This document shows positions 1 to 8,902 of a DNA stretch of 57,244 nucleotides, one piece after another. This stretch comes from Pseudomonas synxantha (GTDB taxonomy: Bacteria; Actinomycetota; Actinomycetes; Actinomycetales; Microbacteriaceae), in the NCBI GenBank assembly GCA_943371805.1, contig CALRWH020000001.1, positions 1 to 57,244 of the forward strand, written 5' to 3'. How positions within the stretch are numbered: position 1 is the stretch's first letter; each line of letters begins with the position of its first letter. Both the position numbers and the translations under genes were made by a program. Under the pieces are notes generated by a model that was not told the DNA's origin, did no database searches, and worked only from the letters and a program-made list of their open reading frames with translations.

Positions 1-109
1 TGAAGAGCAGCGTGGGGTCGTCACTGACGAGCGAAGCGGAGGGCACGACCGTGTGACCGCGAGTACCGAAGAACTCGAGCCACCGGCGCTGAATGTCGGC
101 GGTCTGCAT
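1..109 (-). CDS. alaS: Alanine--tRNA ligase, 5' end (runs off the window)
   Basis: Manual translation from CAT at 107-109 gives [36 protein letters not shown], the typical AlaRS N-terminus. Confidence 0.93.
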   Translation of the reverse strand, partial: MQTADIQRRWLEFFGTRGHTVVPSASLVSDDPTLLF

Positions 110-133
110 GAGGGGCTGTGGCGTCCTGTGTCG

Positions 134-160
134 AAAAGGGGCGGGGCGCGAAGCCCCGCC
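134..160 (-). terminator. Hairpin with short U-tract between the small ORF and alaS
   Basis: Minus strand GGCGGGGC-TTCGC-GCCCCGCC followed by CCTTTT. Confidence 0.55.
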
Positions 161-162
161 GG

Positions 163-390
163 TTACTTGAGGCGGTTGGTGAGGTCAGCGATGGTGTCTT
201 CGGCCTCGGCAACAGCGGCGCGAAGCTCGGCCTCGCGCTGCTTGTAGCCGTCGACCACGGCGGCACTGAATTCACGGGCCTTGGCGTCGACATCATCGAA
301 GAACTGCTTGCCCTGCGGGGTCTTCGAGACCTGGTGGGCGGCGACGAAGCCGACCGCGATGCCAACGATGAGCCAAGCGGCGTTCTTCAT
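163..390 (-). CDS. Small membrane-anchored coiled-coil hypothetical protein (75 aa)
   Basis: [21 protein letters not shown]... with an N-terminal TM helix and helical tail; GGGAG RBS; TAGGCT -10 at 432-437. Confidence 0.8.
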   Translation of the reverse strand: MKNAAWLIVGIAVGFVAAHQVSKTPQGKQFFDDVDAKAREFSAAVVDGYKQREAELRAAVAEAEDTIADLTNRLK

Positions 391-447
391 GGGTGCTCCC
401 TCGTGAGAAGTCGTGAGTGGTGAACTCACTCAGCCTAGCGGCCCAAC

Positions 448-481
448 GCAAACGGGGGCCCGGCGTAATGCCGGACCCCCG
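448..481 (-). terminator. Intrinsic terminator after rpsD
   Basis: Minus strand CGGGGGTCCGGC-ATTAC-GCCGGGCCCCCG followed by TTTGCGTT. Confidence 0.7.
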
Positions 482-498
482 AGTGACAGTGAGTGGTG

Positions 499-1128
499 TT
501 AGCGCGCTGCGTAGTACTCGACGACGAGCTGAACTTCACAGGTCACGGGAACCTCGGCGCGCTTGGGGCGACGCACAAGACGCGACTGCAGCTTGTCGAG
601 CTCGACCTCGAGGTAGGCCGGAACCTTGGGCAGAACATCGACGTGACCGCCGGCGGCCGCCACCTGGAAGGGCTCGGTGCCCTCAGAGCGCGGCTTGACG
701 TGAATGAGCTGGCCCGGCTTGACGCGGAACGACGGGCGGTCGACGAGCTGGCCGTCAACCATGATGTGGCGGTGCACAACCATCTGGCGAGCCTGCGCCG
801 TCGTGCGGGCGAAGCCCGAACGCAGCACGAGCGCGTCGAGACGCATCTCGAGCAGCTCAACGAGGTTCTCACCGGTCAGGCCAGCCGAGCGGCGGGCCTC
901 GTTGAACGCGATCTTGAGCTGAGCCTCGCGGATGCCGTACTGGGCGCGCAGACGCTGCTTCTCACGCAGACGAACGGCGTAGTCGCTGTCGGCCTTGCGC
1001 TTGGTGCGGCCGTGCTCACCGGGAGCGTAGGGGCGCTTCTCGAGGTACTTAGCGGCCTTCGGGGTGAGGGCGATGCCGAGCGCGCGCGAGAGACGGGTCT
1101 TGCTACGAGTGCGTGACTTAGTAGACAC
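499..1128 (-). CDS. rpsD: 30S ribosomal protein S4
   Basis: YAPGEHG, SDYAVRLREKQRLR, LEMRLDALV, ARQMVVHRH, VVEYY motifs; GGAAGG RBS before GTG. Confidence 0.98.
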   Translation of the reverse strand: MSTKSRTRSKTRLSRALGIALTPKAAKYLEKRPYAPGEHGRTKRKADSDYAVRLREKQRLRAQYGIREAQLKIAFNEARRSAGLTGENLVELLEMRLDALVLRSGFARTTAQARQMVVHRHIMVDGQLVDRPSFRVKPGQLIHVKPRSEGTEPFQVAAAGGHVDVLPKVPAYLEVELDKLQSRLVRRPKRAEVPVTCEVQLVVEYYAAR

Positions 1129-1291
1129 GGTTTCCTTCCATGGGCGTGGCCGAGAATTTCAGCGGCTCACGGGCGTACACCGCTCCGTCCGGTCCGAACG
1201 CACGCCGAGGCGCTTCGGTGGATGCTACGAGGGAGGGTGTGCCCATATCTGACGGGCCGAGCAAGCCTACCAGAGGCAGTCGGCGCCCGAC

Positions 1292-2671
1292 TCACTCCCC
1301 TGGTTTGTCGCCCGCAGTCTCGCCGCGTGTGATGGCGCGAAGCTTCGCGAGGCGCGCCGAGATCTCTCGCTCATGACCGCGCTCGGTCGGCTGGTAGTAC
1401 TCGAGACCCACGAGCGGGTCAGGAAGGTACTGCTGCTGCGCGACGCCCATGGGCTCGTCGTGCGGGTAGACGTAGCCCTTTCCGTGGCCGAGTCGTTTGG
1501 CTCCGGGGTAGTGCGCATCGCGCAACGGCTTCGGAACTCGACCCAACCGCCCGGCACGCACGTCGGCGATCGCCGCATCGATTCCAAGGTAAGCCGCGTT
1601 CGACTTGGGCGCTGTCGCGAGATAGACCACTGCCTCGGCGAGCGGAATACGCCCCTCGGGCATGCCAATGAGTTGAACGGCTTGCGCGGCGGCCACGGCG
1701 ATCGGCAACGCCTGGGGGTCGGCCATCCCAATGTCTTCTGCTGCCGAGATGATGACGCGTCGCGCAATGAACCGCGGATCTTCTCCCGCTTCGATCATGC
1801 GTGCCAGGTAGTGCAGAGCCGCGTCGGGGTCACTCCCCCGAATCGACTTGATGAAGGCGCTGATGACGTCGTAGTGCTCGTCGCCCTGTTTGTCGTAGCG
1901 AAGCAAGGCGCGGTCAACAGCCGCCGCAACGATCTCTGGCGTGATGACCGGATGCTCGCTCGCGTCGTCGCCATCGCCCGTGGCCCGCGACTCAGCCACC
2001 GCCGACTGTGCCGCCGCTTCGAGCGCTGTCAATGCTCGCCGCGCATCGCCCGAGGCCAACCGAACGATGGCTTCTCGCGCCGCAGGATCGAGCACGACCG
2101 CACCCGAGAGCCCGCGCGGGTCGCTGACCGCCCGGTCGACGAGCACCCCGAGGTCGTCGTCACTCAAGGTCTCGAGCGTGAGAAGCAGACTACGGCTGAG
2201 CAAGGGCGCGATGACCGAGAACGACGGGTTCTCGGTCGTCGCCGCAATGAGGATGACCCACCCGTTCTCAACACCAGGAAGAAGCGCGTCTTGCTGCGCT
2301 TTCGTGAATCGGTGGATCTCATCGAGAAACAAGACCGTCGACGTGCCGTAGAGGTCACGATCGGCGAGGGCGCGCTCCATGACCTCGCGCACGTCTTTCA
2401 CCCCCGCCGTCACAGCAGAGAGTTCGACGAAACGGCGCCCACTTGATCGTGCAATCGCCTGCGCCAGCGTCGTCTTGCCCGTGCCCGGAGGGCCCCACAA
2501 GATAACCGAGACCGCGCTGGGGGCGCGGCCGGTTTCGTCGCTCGCAAGGCTCACGAGCGGGGATCCGGCGCGCAACAGGTGCCGCTGACCCGCGACCTCA
2601 TCGAGGCGCGTCGGCCGCATGCGTACCGCGAGAGGAACCGCGGACGAGCCGAGGCCCGGCTGAGCATCCAT
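1292..2671 (-). CDS. rarA: Replication-associated recombination protein A (RarA/MgsA AAA+ ATPase)
   Basis: PLAVRMRP, Walker [37 protein letters not shown]. Confidence 0.96.
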   Translation of the reverse strand: MDAQPGLGSSAVPLAVRMRPTRLDEVAGQRHLLRAGSPLVSLASDETGRAPSAVSVILWGPPGTGKTTLAQAIARSSGRRFVELSAVTAGVKDVREVMERALADRDLYGTSTVLFLDEIHRFTKAQQDALLPGVENGWVILIAATTENPSFSVIAPLLSRSLLLTLETLSDDDLGVLVDRAVSDPRGLSGAVVLDPAAREAIVRLASGDARRALTALEAAAQSAVAESRATGDGDDASEHPVITPEIVAAAVDRALLRYDKQGDEHYDVISAFIKSIRGSDPDAALHYLARMIEAGEDPRFIARRVIISAAEDIGMADPQALPIAVAAAQAVQLIGMPEGRIPLAEAVVYLATAPKSNAAYLGIDAAIADVRAGRLGRVPKPLRDAHYPGAKRLGHGKGYVYPHDEPMGVAQQQYLPDPLVGLEYYQPTERGHEREISARLAKLRAITRGETAGDKPGE

Positions 2672-2793
2672 GGCTACAGGCTACTGGCCGTCACCGACCC
2701 GCTCGCTGAGTCGCGCAGGGGTGACGGACCCTCGGCTAGAGTTCACTGCGGCGCGGATGGTACGAACGCACCCCGCAGCCGAATGGAGGAGCA

Positions 2794-3564
2794 GTGGCAG
2801 CCGCATCGGCCAACAACCGTGAAGCGCAGGATCGTCTGCGTCGCTACCAAGCACGACAGACCGTGCACGAGTCGAAGATTGCGCGACGCAAGCGCGACAA
2901 CCTCATCGCGGTTGTGGCGATCGTGGTCGTCAGCGCTTTGGCCGCAACCGCTCAAATCGTCTACTTCACGGCCGGCCCCGGAACCCCTGAGCCGATCGCA
3001 AGCGCCAGCCCCACTCCCACGCCGACGCCGGTGGCCGCACCCGACCCGGCGGTGAGCGAGTCGCGCACCTGGACCGGCACGATGACCCTCAACGGTGGCC
3101 TTGAGCTGGGCTACGAGCTGGACGGCGCCGCAGCGCCGCAGGCCGTCGCGTCGTTCGTCACGCTCACCCAACAGGGCTTCTTCGATGGCCTCACCTGCCA
3201 CCGACTCACGACCGCGGGCATCTTCGTTTTGCAGTGCGGCGACCCCAACGGCGACGGCACGGGCGGGCCCGACTATCGCTTCGGCCCCATTGAGAATGCG
3301 CCGCTCGACAACATCTACACGACGGGCGTCATCGCGATGGCGCGCCAAAGTGGTGACGGCGCGAGCATGGGAAGCCAGTTCTTTATCGTCTACGGTGACT
3401 CGGCGATTCCTGCCGATGACGCGGGTGGCTACACCGTGATGGGTCGTGTGACGAGCGGGTTGGATGCTCTCGTCACCGACATCATCTCGGCAGGCGTTGA
3501 GGGCGGCGGCACAGACGGTCCCCCGGCTGTTCCCGCGGTGCTGACGGGCATCACGATCCAATAG
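2794..3564 (+). CDS. Membrane-anchored cyclophilin-type peptidyl-prolyl isomerase
   Basis: TM helix and Pro/Thr linker, then FFDGLTCHRL, LQCGDPNGDGTGGP, GSQFFIVY. Confidence 0.93.
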   Translation: MAAASANNREAQDRLRRYQARQTVHESKIARRKRDNLIAVVAIVVVSALAATAQIVYFTAGPGTPEPIASASPTPTPTPVAAPDPAVSESRTWTGTMTLNGGLELGYELDGAAAPQAVASFVTLTQQGFFDGLTCHRLTTAGIFVLQCGDPNGDGTGGPDYRFGPIENAPLDNIYTTGVIAMARQSGDGASMGSQFFIVYGDSAIPADDAGGYTVMGRVTSGLDALVTDIISAGVEGGGTDGPPAVPAVLTGITIQ

Positions 3565-3676
3565 CGATCCGCATCGAGGGCAGCGCATCCTGACCCCCGT
3601 TGCCGACCGTGCACTACGCTGAAAAACCGCGCGATGACAGTCGTGCGCGTGCGCACTCGATGAGGATGAAGCAGAC

Positions 3677-4909
3677 GTGGCAGCCAACGAGAACACCACC
3701 TGGGGCCGGGTTGATGAGACCGGTACGGTCTACGTCACCGACCGCGGCGTCGAGCGCGCCGTCGGCCAATACCCTGACGGAACGCCAGAAGAGGCTCTGG
3801 CCTACTTCACGCGCAAGTTCGTCGAGCTCGACGGCCAAGTGCGGTTGCTCGAACAGCGGGCAAAGGCAGGCGCCCCGGCAAGTGATGTCGCCAAGACCGT
3901 TACGTCACTGACGGCTGCCCTCGAAAGCCCCGCGGCCGTCGGTGACCTCGAATCATTGCGCACTCGCGTGGGTGCACTCACGGCAACGGTCGAAAAGCTC
4001 ACCGAAGAGCAAAAGGCCGAGGCCGCGGCGGCCACCGAAGCAGCGCTCGCCGAGCGCACGGCCATTGTTGAGGCCGCCGAAGCACTCGCCGCGAAAGACC
4101 CTCATTCGGTGCAGTGGAAACAGACGTCTGCCGCGCTTGACGAGCTCTTCACTCGCTGGAAAGACCACCAGACCAACGGGCCTCGCCTGCCGAAGAAGGC
4201 TGGCGACGACCTCTGGAAGCGGTTCCGCGCAGCGCGCACCACGGTCGAAAACAACCGTCGAGCCTTTTTTGCGGGTCTCGATTCTGAGCACAAAGAGGTT
4301 CGCACCCGCAAGCAAGAACTCATTGACAAGGCTGTCGCCCTCGCATCGCAGGGCACGGCCGCGATTCCGGCACACCGCCGCCTTCTCGACGAGTGGAAGC
4401 TCGCCGGTCGGGCCGGCAAGAAGATCGACGACGCCCTGTGGGCACAGTTCAAGGCTGCGGGCGACGCGCTCTACGCGGCAAAGGCCGAGGTCGACGCACG
4501 CGAGAACGAAGAGTTCGCCGGGAACCTTGCCGTCAAACTCGCCCTTCTCGACGAAGCAGCACCCCTGCTCACCGCGACCGACCGCGTGCAAGCGCGGGCG
4601 ACGCTCTCGAACATTCAACGCAAGTGGGATGCCGCGGGCAAAGTTCCGCGCGACCACGTGAAGTCGGTCGAAGACCGCATGCGGCAGATCGAGTTGGCCG
4701 TGAAGAAGCTCGAAGAAGAGCACTGGAACCGCTCCGACCCGGAGAAGAAAGCGCGCTCAGAAGGGCTCGCCGCCCAACTCGAACAGGCGATTGCCGGTCT
4801 TGAGGCCGACCTCGCCGCCGCGACGGCAGCGAAAGACGCCAAGAGAATTGCCGAGCTCACGGAGGCACTCGAGGCACGGCGCGCGTGGCTCGGCGCGGTC
4901 GACCGCTGA
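3677..4909 (+). CDS. DUF349 domain-containing protein
   Basis: WGRVDETGTVYV N-terminus, repeated DxLWxxFxAA helical units; usual neighbour of rel and ppiB in actinobacteria. Confidence 0.88.
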   Translation: MAANENTTWGRVDETGTVYVTDRGVERAVGQYPDGTPEEALAYFTRKFVELDGQVRLLEQRAKAGAPASDVAKTVTSLTAALESPAAVGDLESLRTRVGALTATVEKLTEEQKAEAAAATEAALAERTAIVEAAEALAAKDPHSVQWKQTSAALDELFTRWKDHQTNGPRLPKKAGDDLWKRFRAARTTVENNRRAFFAGLDSEHKEVRTRKQELIDKAVALASQGTAAIPAHRRLLDEWKLAGRAGKKIDDALWAQFKAAGDALYAAKAEVDARENEEFAGNLAVKLALLDEAAPLLTATDRVQARATLSNIQRKWDAAGKVPRDHVKSVEDRMRQIELAVKKLEEEHWNRSDPEKKARSEGLAAQLEQAIAGLEADLAAATAAKDAKRIAELTEALEARRAWLGAVDR

Positions 4910-4973
4910 TCGTTTCTCCACAGATACAGCGCCAACCGTTTGGTCGCGGGCGAAACGGGGCACACTCCCCCGC

Positions 4974-5591
4974 ATGCCTCGATCCACAGCAGTCTTCATT
5001 CCTAACGGTCGTCTCTCGGCGAGCGAACTCCAGAGCGCGGCACGAGACGGTGAGCTCGTAACCCTCGGCGAGGGCTTCGTTTCGATCGACTCACCCGACA
5101 CCCCGTTCATTCGGGCGGCCTCACTCTCGCCCGTCGTGCTTGACTCCCGCGTGATCATCGCTGATCGCAGTGCGGCGTGGGTCTGGGGCTGGGGCGCGAT
5201 GCCGCCCACTGTCTCGACCTGCGTCTCCATTGCGACGCGCATCCCGTCACCCGACCGCCGCCGGCTGAGGGCCCGAGAAGTCGTCATCGCCGACGACGAG
5301 CGGGTCATGCTGGGCGACATAGCGGTCACGTCGCCCGCACGCACGATCGTCGATCTGGCCCGTCACGACGCCGGGAACGACCTTCACGACCTGTTGGCGC
5401 GGGGACTGCGCCAGAGTCGAATCGACCGTGATCACCTCTTCGCGATGTTATCGGGGCGAACGAACCTGTCGTTCGTGCGCGCCGCTCGACGTCACATCGT
5501 GGCAGCCATGGCCGAGGCCCCGCGCGACGGCGAGGTGGGTGGATCGGGTCAGACTCCGCGTCAGCCGCTGCTCACCCGATACACGTCATAG
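4974..5591 (+). CDS. AbiEi-antitoxin-like / Rv2827c-like protein
   Basis: ELQSAARDGEL, SAAWVWG and VTSPARTIVDLAR motifs; start chosen at ATG 4974; overlaps the rel 3' end by 31 nt. Confidence 0.65.
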   Translation: MPRSTAVFIPNGRLSASELQSAARDGELVTLGEGFVSIDSPDTPFIRAASLSPVVLDSRVIIADRSAAWVWGWGAMPPTVSTCVSIATRIPSPDRRRLRAREVVIADDERVMLGDIAVTSPARTIVDLARHDAGNDLHDLLARGLRQSRIDRDHLFAMLSGRTNLSFVRAARRHIVAAMAEAPRDGEVGGSGQTPRQPLLTRYTS

Positions 5592-7816
5592 ACAGCGTCG
5601 ATGCGCCGAACGGCATTGAGAACGCGGTCGAGGTGTGTGACGTCGCCCATCTCGAAAACGAAACGGCTGAGTGCGAGACGGTCTTTCGAGGTGCTCACGC
5701 TGGCCGACAGAATGTTAACGTGGTGCTCTGAGAGCACGCGGGTCACGTCGCTCAACAGTCCGCTGCGATCGAGAGCTTCGACCTGAATCTGCACGAGGAA
5801 CACGCTCTTGGCGGTGGGGGCCCACTCGACCTCGATCATGCGATCGGGCTCCGTCAACAACGACGAGACGTTACTGCAGTCTCCCCGGTGCACGCTCACG
5901 CCTTGGCCGCGCGTGACGAAACCAACGATGGCGTCGCCCGGCACGGGCGTGCAACACTTCGCAAGCTTGACCAAGATGTCAGGCGCGCCCCGCACCAACA
6001 CACCCGAATCGCTCGTGCGCACCGGGGTGCGCCCCCGCGTCGGAACACTGAACGGCTCGTCGTCACTCTCGGCCTCAACGTGCAAGGCGGCGAGAATCTT
6101 CTCGATGACCGATTGCGTTGACACGTGCCCTTCGCCGACGGCGGCATACAGCGACTCGACCGTCTCGTAGCGAAGTTGCGACGCGACGTGCGCCACCGAG
6201 TCTTGCGTCATGAGCCTCTGCAAGGGCAGGTTTTGCTTGCGCATGGCGCGAGCAATGGCGTCTTTGCCCTGCTCGACGGCCTCGTCGCGGCGCTCTTTCG
6301 TGAACCACTGACGGATCTTCGATCGGGCTCGCGTGCTCGTCGTGAAGTTCAGCCAGTCTTGACTGGGCCCAGCATCGGGGTTCTTCGAGGTGAACACCTC
6401 GACCGAGTCGCCACTGTTGAGCACCGTCTCGAGCGGCACGAGGCGCCCATTGACCTTGGCGCCCATCGTGCGGTGGCCCACCTCAGTGTGCACGGCATAG
6501 GCGAAGTCGACCGGAGTAGCGCCAGCGGGCAGACCAATGACCTTGCCCTGCGGGGTAAAGACATAGACCTCTTTCGCGCCGATTTCGTAGCGCAAATTGT
6601 CGAGAAACTCGGTGGGGTCACTGGTCTCGGCTTGCCAGTCAGAAATGTGTGCGAGCCAGGCCATATCGGTGTCTGACCGCTCAGCGACAGCCTCGCCGCG
6701 GCTCGAGCCGGCCATGCGCTCTTTGTACTTCCAGTGGGCCGCGACACCAAACTCTGCACGCTGATGCATCTCGTGCGTGCGAATCTGCAACTCGACCGGG
6801 CGACCACCCGGGCCAAAGACGGTCGTGTGCAGCGACTGGTAGAGATTGAACTTCGGGGTCGCGATGTAGTCCTTGAAGCGCCCGGGCATAGGGTTCCACC
6901 GCGCGTGTACGGCGCCCAAAACGGCGTAGCAGTCACGAATGGAATTGACCAGAATGCGCACGCCCGTGAGGTCATAGATCTCGTCAAAATCGCGACCGCG
7001 ATGAACCATTTTTTGGTAAATCGAGTAGTACTGCTTCGGTCGACCCTTCACGTCTGCCTTGATCTTGGCCACACGGAGGTCATCCTTGACCGCGTCAATG
7101 ACCTGCTGCACAAAAGCCTCGCGCTCGGGAGTGCGGTTGCGAACCAGGCTCTCGATCTCGACATAGATCTTCGGCTGCAGCACCGCGAACGAGAGGTCTT
7201 CCAACTCCCATTTGATCGTCTGGATGCCCAAGCGGTGTGCGAGCGGAGCGTAGATGTCGAGCGTCTCCTGGGCCTTGCGCTGCGCCGACGAGCTCTCGAC
7301 GAAGCCCCAGGTGCGCGCGTTGTGGAGCCGGTCGGCGAGCTTGACGATCAACACACGGATGTCTTTCGACATCGCAACGATCATCTTTCGCACGGTGTCG
7401 GACTGCGCACTGTCGCCGTATTTGAGCTTGTCGAGCTTGGTCACGCCGTCAACGAGCATTGCGATCTCATCGCCAAAGTCACGCCTCAGCTCGTCAAGGC
7501 TGTAGTCCGTATCTTCAACGGTGTCGTGCAGTAACGCGGCGGCGAGGGTCTTGGCGCCAATACCGAGGTCAGCAAGAATTTGCGCTACCGCGAGTGGATG
7601 CGTGATGTAGGGCTCGCCGCTTTTGCGCGTCTGGCCCTCGTGGGCGCGTTCGGCTACGTGATAGGCGCGCTCGATCAGCGCGACGTCTGCTTTGGGATGC
7701 TGCGCCCGAACCGTCTTGATGAGCGCCTCGAGCGCGCCACCGGTTTGCGACCGAGAGAAGATTCTCGGCAACAGCGCGCGCAGAGAAGCGCTGCTCTGCT
7801 GCGTGGTGTCGGTCAT
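5561..7816 (-). CDS. rel: Bifunctional (p)ppGpp synthetase/hydrolase Rel
   Basis: HD motif LLHDTVED, RFKDYIA, YQSLHT, ELQIRT, TGS domain (PVDFAYAVHT), C-terminal ACT domain. Confidence 0.98.
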   Translation of the reverse strand: MTDTTQQSSASLRALLPRIFSRSQTGGALEALIKTVRAQHPKADVALIERAYHVAERAHEGQTRKSGEPYITHPLAVAQILADLGIGAKTLAAALLHDTVEDTDYSLDELRRDFGDEIAMLVDGVTKLDKLKYGDSAQSDTVRKMIVAMSKDIRVLIVKLADRLHNARTWGFVESSSAQRKAQETLDIYAPLAHRLGIQTIKWELEDLSFAVLQPKIYVEIESLVRNRTPEREAFVQQVIDAVKDDLRVAKIKADVKGRPKQYYSIYQKMVHRGRDFDEIYDLTGVRILVNSIRDCYAVLGAVHARWNPMPGRFKDYIATPKFNLYQSLHTTVFGPGGRPVELQIRTHEMHQRAEFGVAAHWKYKERMAGSSRGEAVAERSDTDMAWLAHISDWQAETSDPTEFLDNLRYEIGAKEVYVFTPQGKVIGLPAGATPVDFAYAVHTEVGHRTMGAKVNGRLVPLETVLNSGDSVEVFTSKNPDAGPSQDWLNFTTSTRARSKIRQWFTKERRDEAVEQGKDAIARAMRKQNLPLQRLMTQDSVAHVASQLRYETVESLYAAVGEGHVSTQSVIEKILAALHVEAESDDEPFSVPTRGRTPVRTSDSGVLVRGAPDILVKLAKCCTPVPGDAIVGFVTRGQGVSVHRGDCSNVSSLLTEPDRMIEVEWAPTAKSVFLVQIQVEALDRSGLLSDVTRVLSEHHVNILSASVSTSKDRLALSRFVFEMGDVTHLDRVLNAVRRIDAVYDVYRVSSG

Positions 7817-7891
7817 CGGTGCGCCCTCCGATGCGAGTCTACGGCGTGACGATCAACGTCATCCGACAACGGCAGGCGTAGCTCGCGAGAC

Positions 7892-8902
7892 TCAGCGCAC
7901 CGCGCCCGACTCCGTGCGTGCAACGCGCTGACGCGAACCCTGCTTCTTGAGTTCGGGCTCGTTCTCGCGCAAGTGCACGTAGAGCGGCGCCGCCAAGAAG
8001 ATTGACGAGTAGGTTGCGACGACGGTGCCCACCGCGAGAGCCAAGGCAATATCGCGCAGCGTGCCCGCGCCGAGCAAGATCGATCCGACAAAGAGGATCG
8101 ACGCCGTCGGCAGCACCGCAACGATCGAGGTATTGATCGACCGAACGAGGGTTTGGTTGACGGCGAGGTTGACCGACTGTGCGAAGGTGCGGCGCGACTC
8201 CACTCCGTCTTCGCTCGTGTTTTCGCGAACCTTGTCGAACACGACGACGGTGTCGTAGAGCGAGTAGCCAAGAATCGTCAAGAAGCCAATGACAGCAGCC
8301 GGGGTGATTTCGAGCCCGAAAACACCGTAGATGCCCGCGGTGATGATGAGGTCGTGAACGAGGGCAATGATCGCCGCGAGCGACATCTTCCAGGTGCGGA
8401 AATAGAGTGCAAGCACAATGCTGGCGAGCGTCAAGAAGACCGCGAGCGCGATGATTGCCTGGCGCGTGATGTCCGCACCCCACGTTGCCCCGATGAACGA
8501 CGAGCTGACATCCGAGACATCAACGCCGTAGGCCTCGGCCAGGGCCGCGCGAACCTCTTCGGTCTCAGCGGGCGTCAACTGCTCGGTTTGTACGCGAACC
8601 GAGTCTCCGCCGACGATGGAGACACGGGGGTTGGCGCCCGACACGACCGAGGCGACGGCCTCGTCAGCGACTGCGGTAGCCGCCGCCGTGCCTTGTTCGA
8701 CGACAGAGGTGCTCTGCACGCGGAACTCGGAACCACCGCGAAACTCGATTCCGAAGACGAAACCACCGCGCAACGCCGTGAAGCCGATGGCCAGCACGAC
8801 CATCACGATGGCGATGAGGTACCACGTGTTGCGCCGACCAACGAAGTCGAACGATCGAGCTCCGGTGTAAAGGTCATTACCGACCTGCGTGAGCTTGCTC
8901 AT
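7892..8902 (-). CDS. secF: Protein translocase subunit SecF
   Basis: GIEFRGG, GYSLYDTVVVFDKVRE, QTLVRSINTS. Confidence 0.97.
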   Translation of the reverse strand: MSKLTQVGNDLYTGARSFDFVGRRNTWYLIAIVMVVLAIGFTALRGGFVFGIEFRGGSEFRVQSTSVVEQGTAAATAVADEAVASVVSGANPRVSIVGGDSVRVQTEQLTPAETEEVRAALAEAYGVDVSDVSSSFIGATWGADITRQAIIALAVFLTLASIVLALYFRTWKMSLAAIIALVHDLIITAGIYGVFGLEITPAAVIGFLTILGYSLYDTVVVFDKVRENTSEDGVESRRTFAQSVNLAVNQTLVRSINTSIVAVLPTASILFVGSILLGAGTLRDIALALAVGTVVATYSSIFLAAPLYVHLRENEPELKKQGSRQRVARTESGAVR

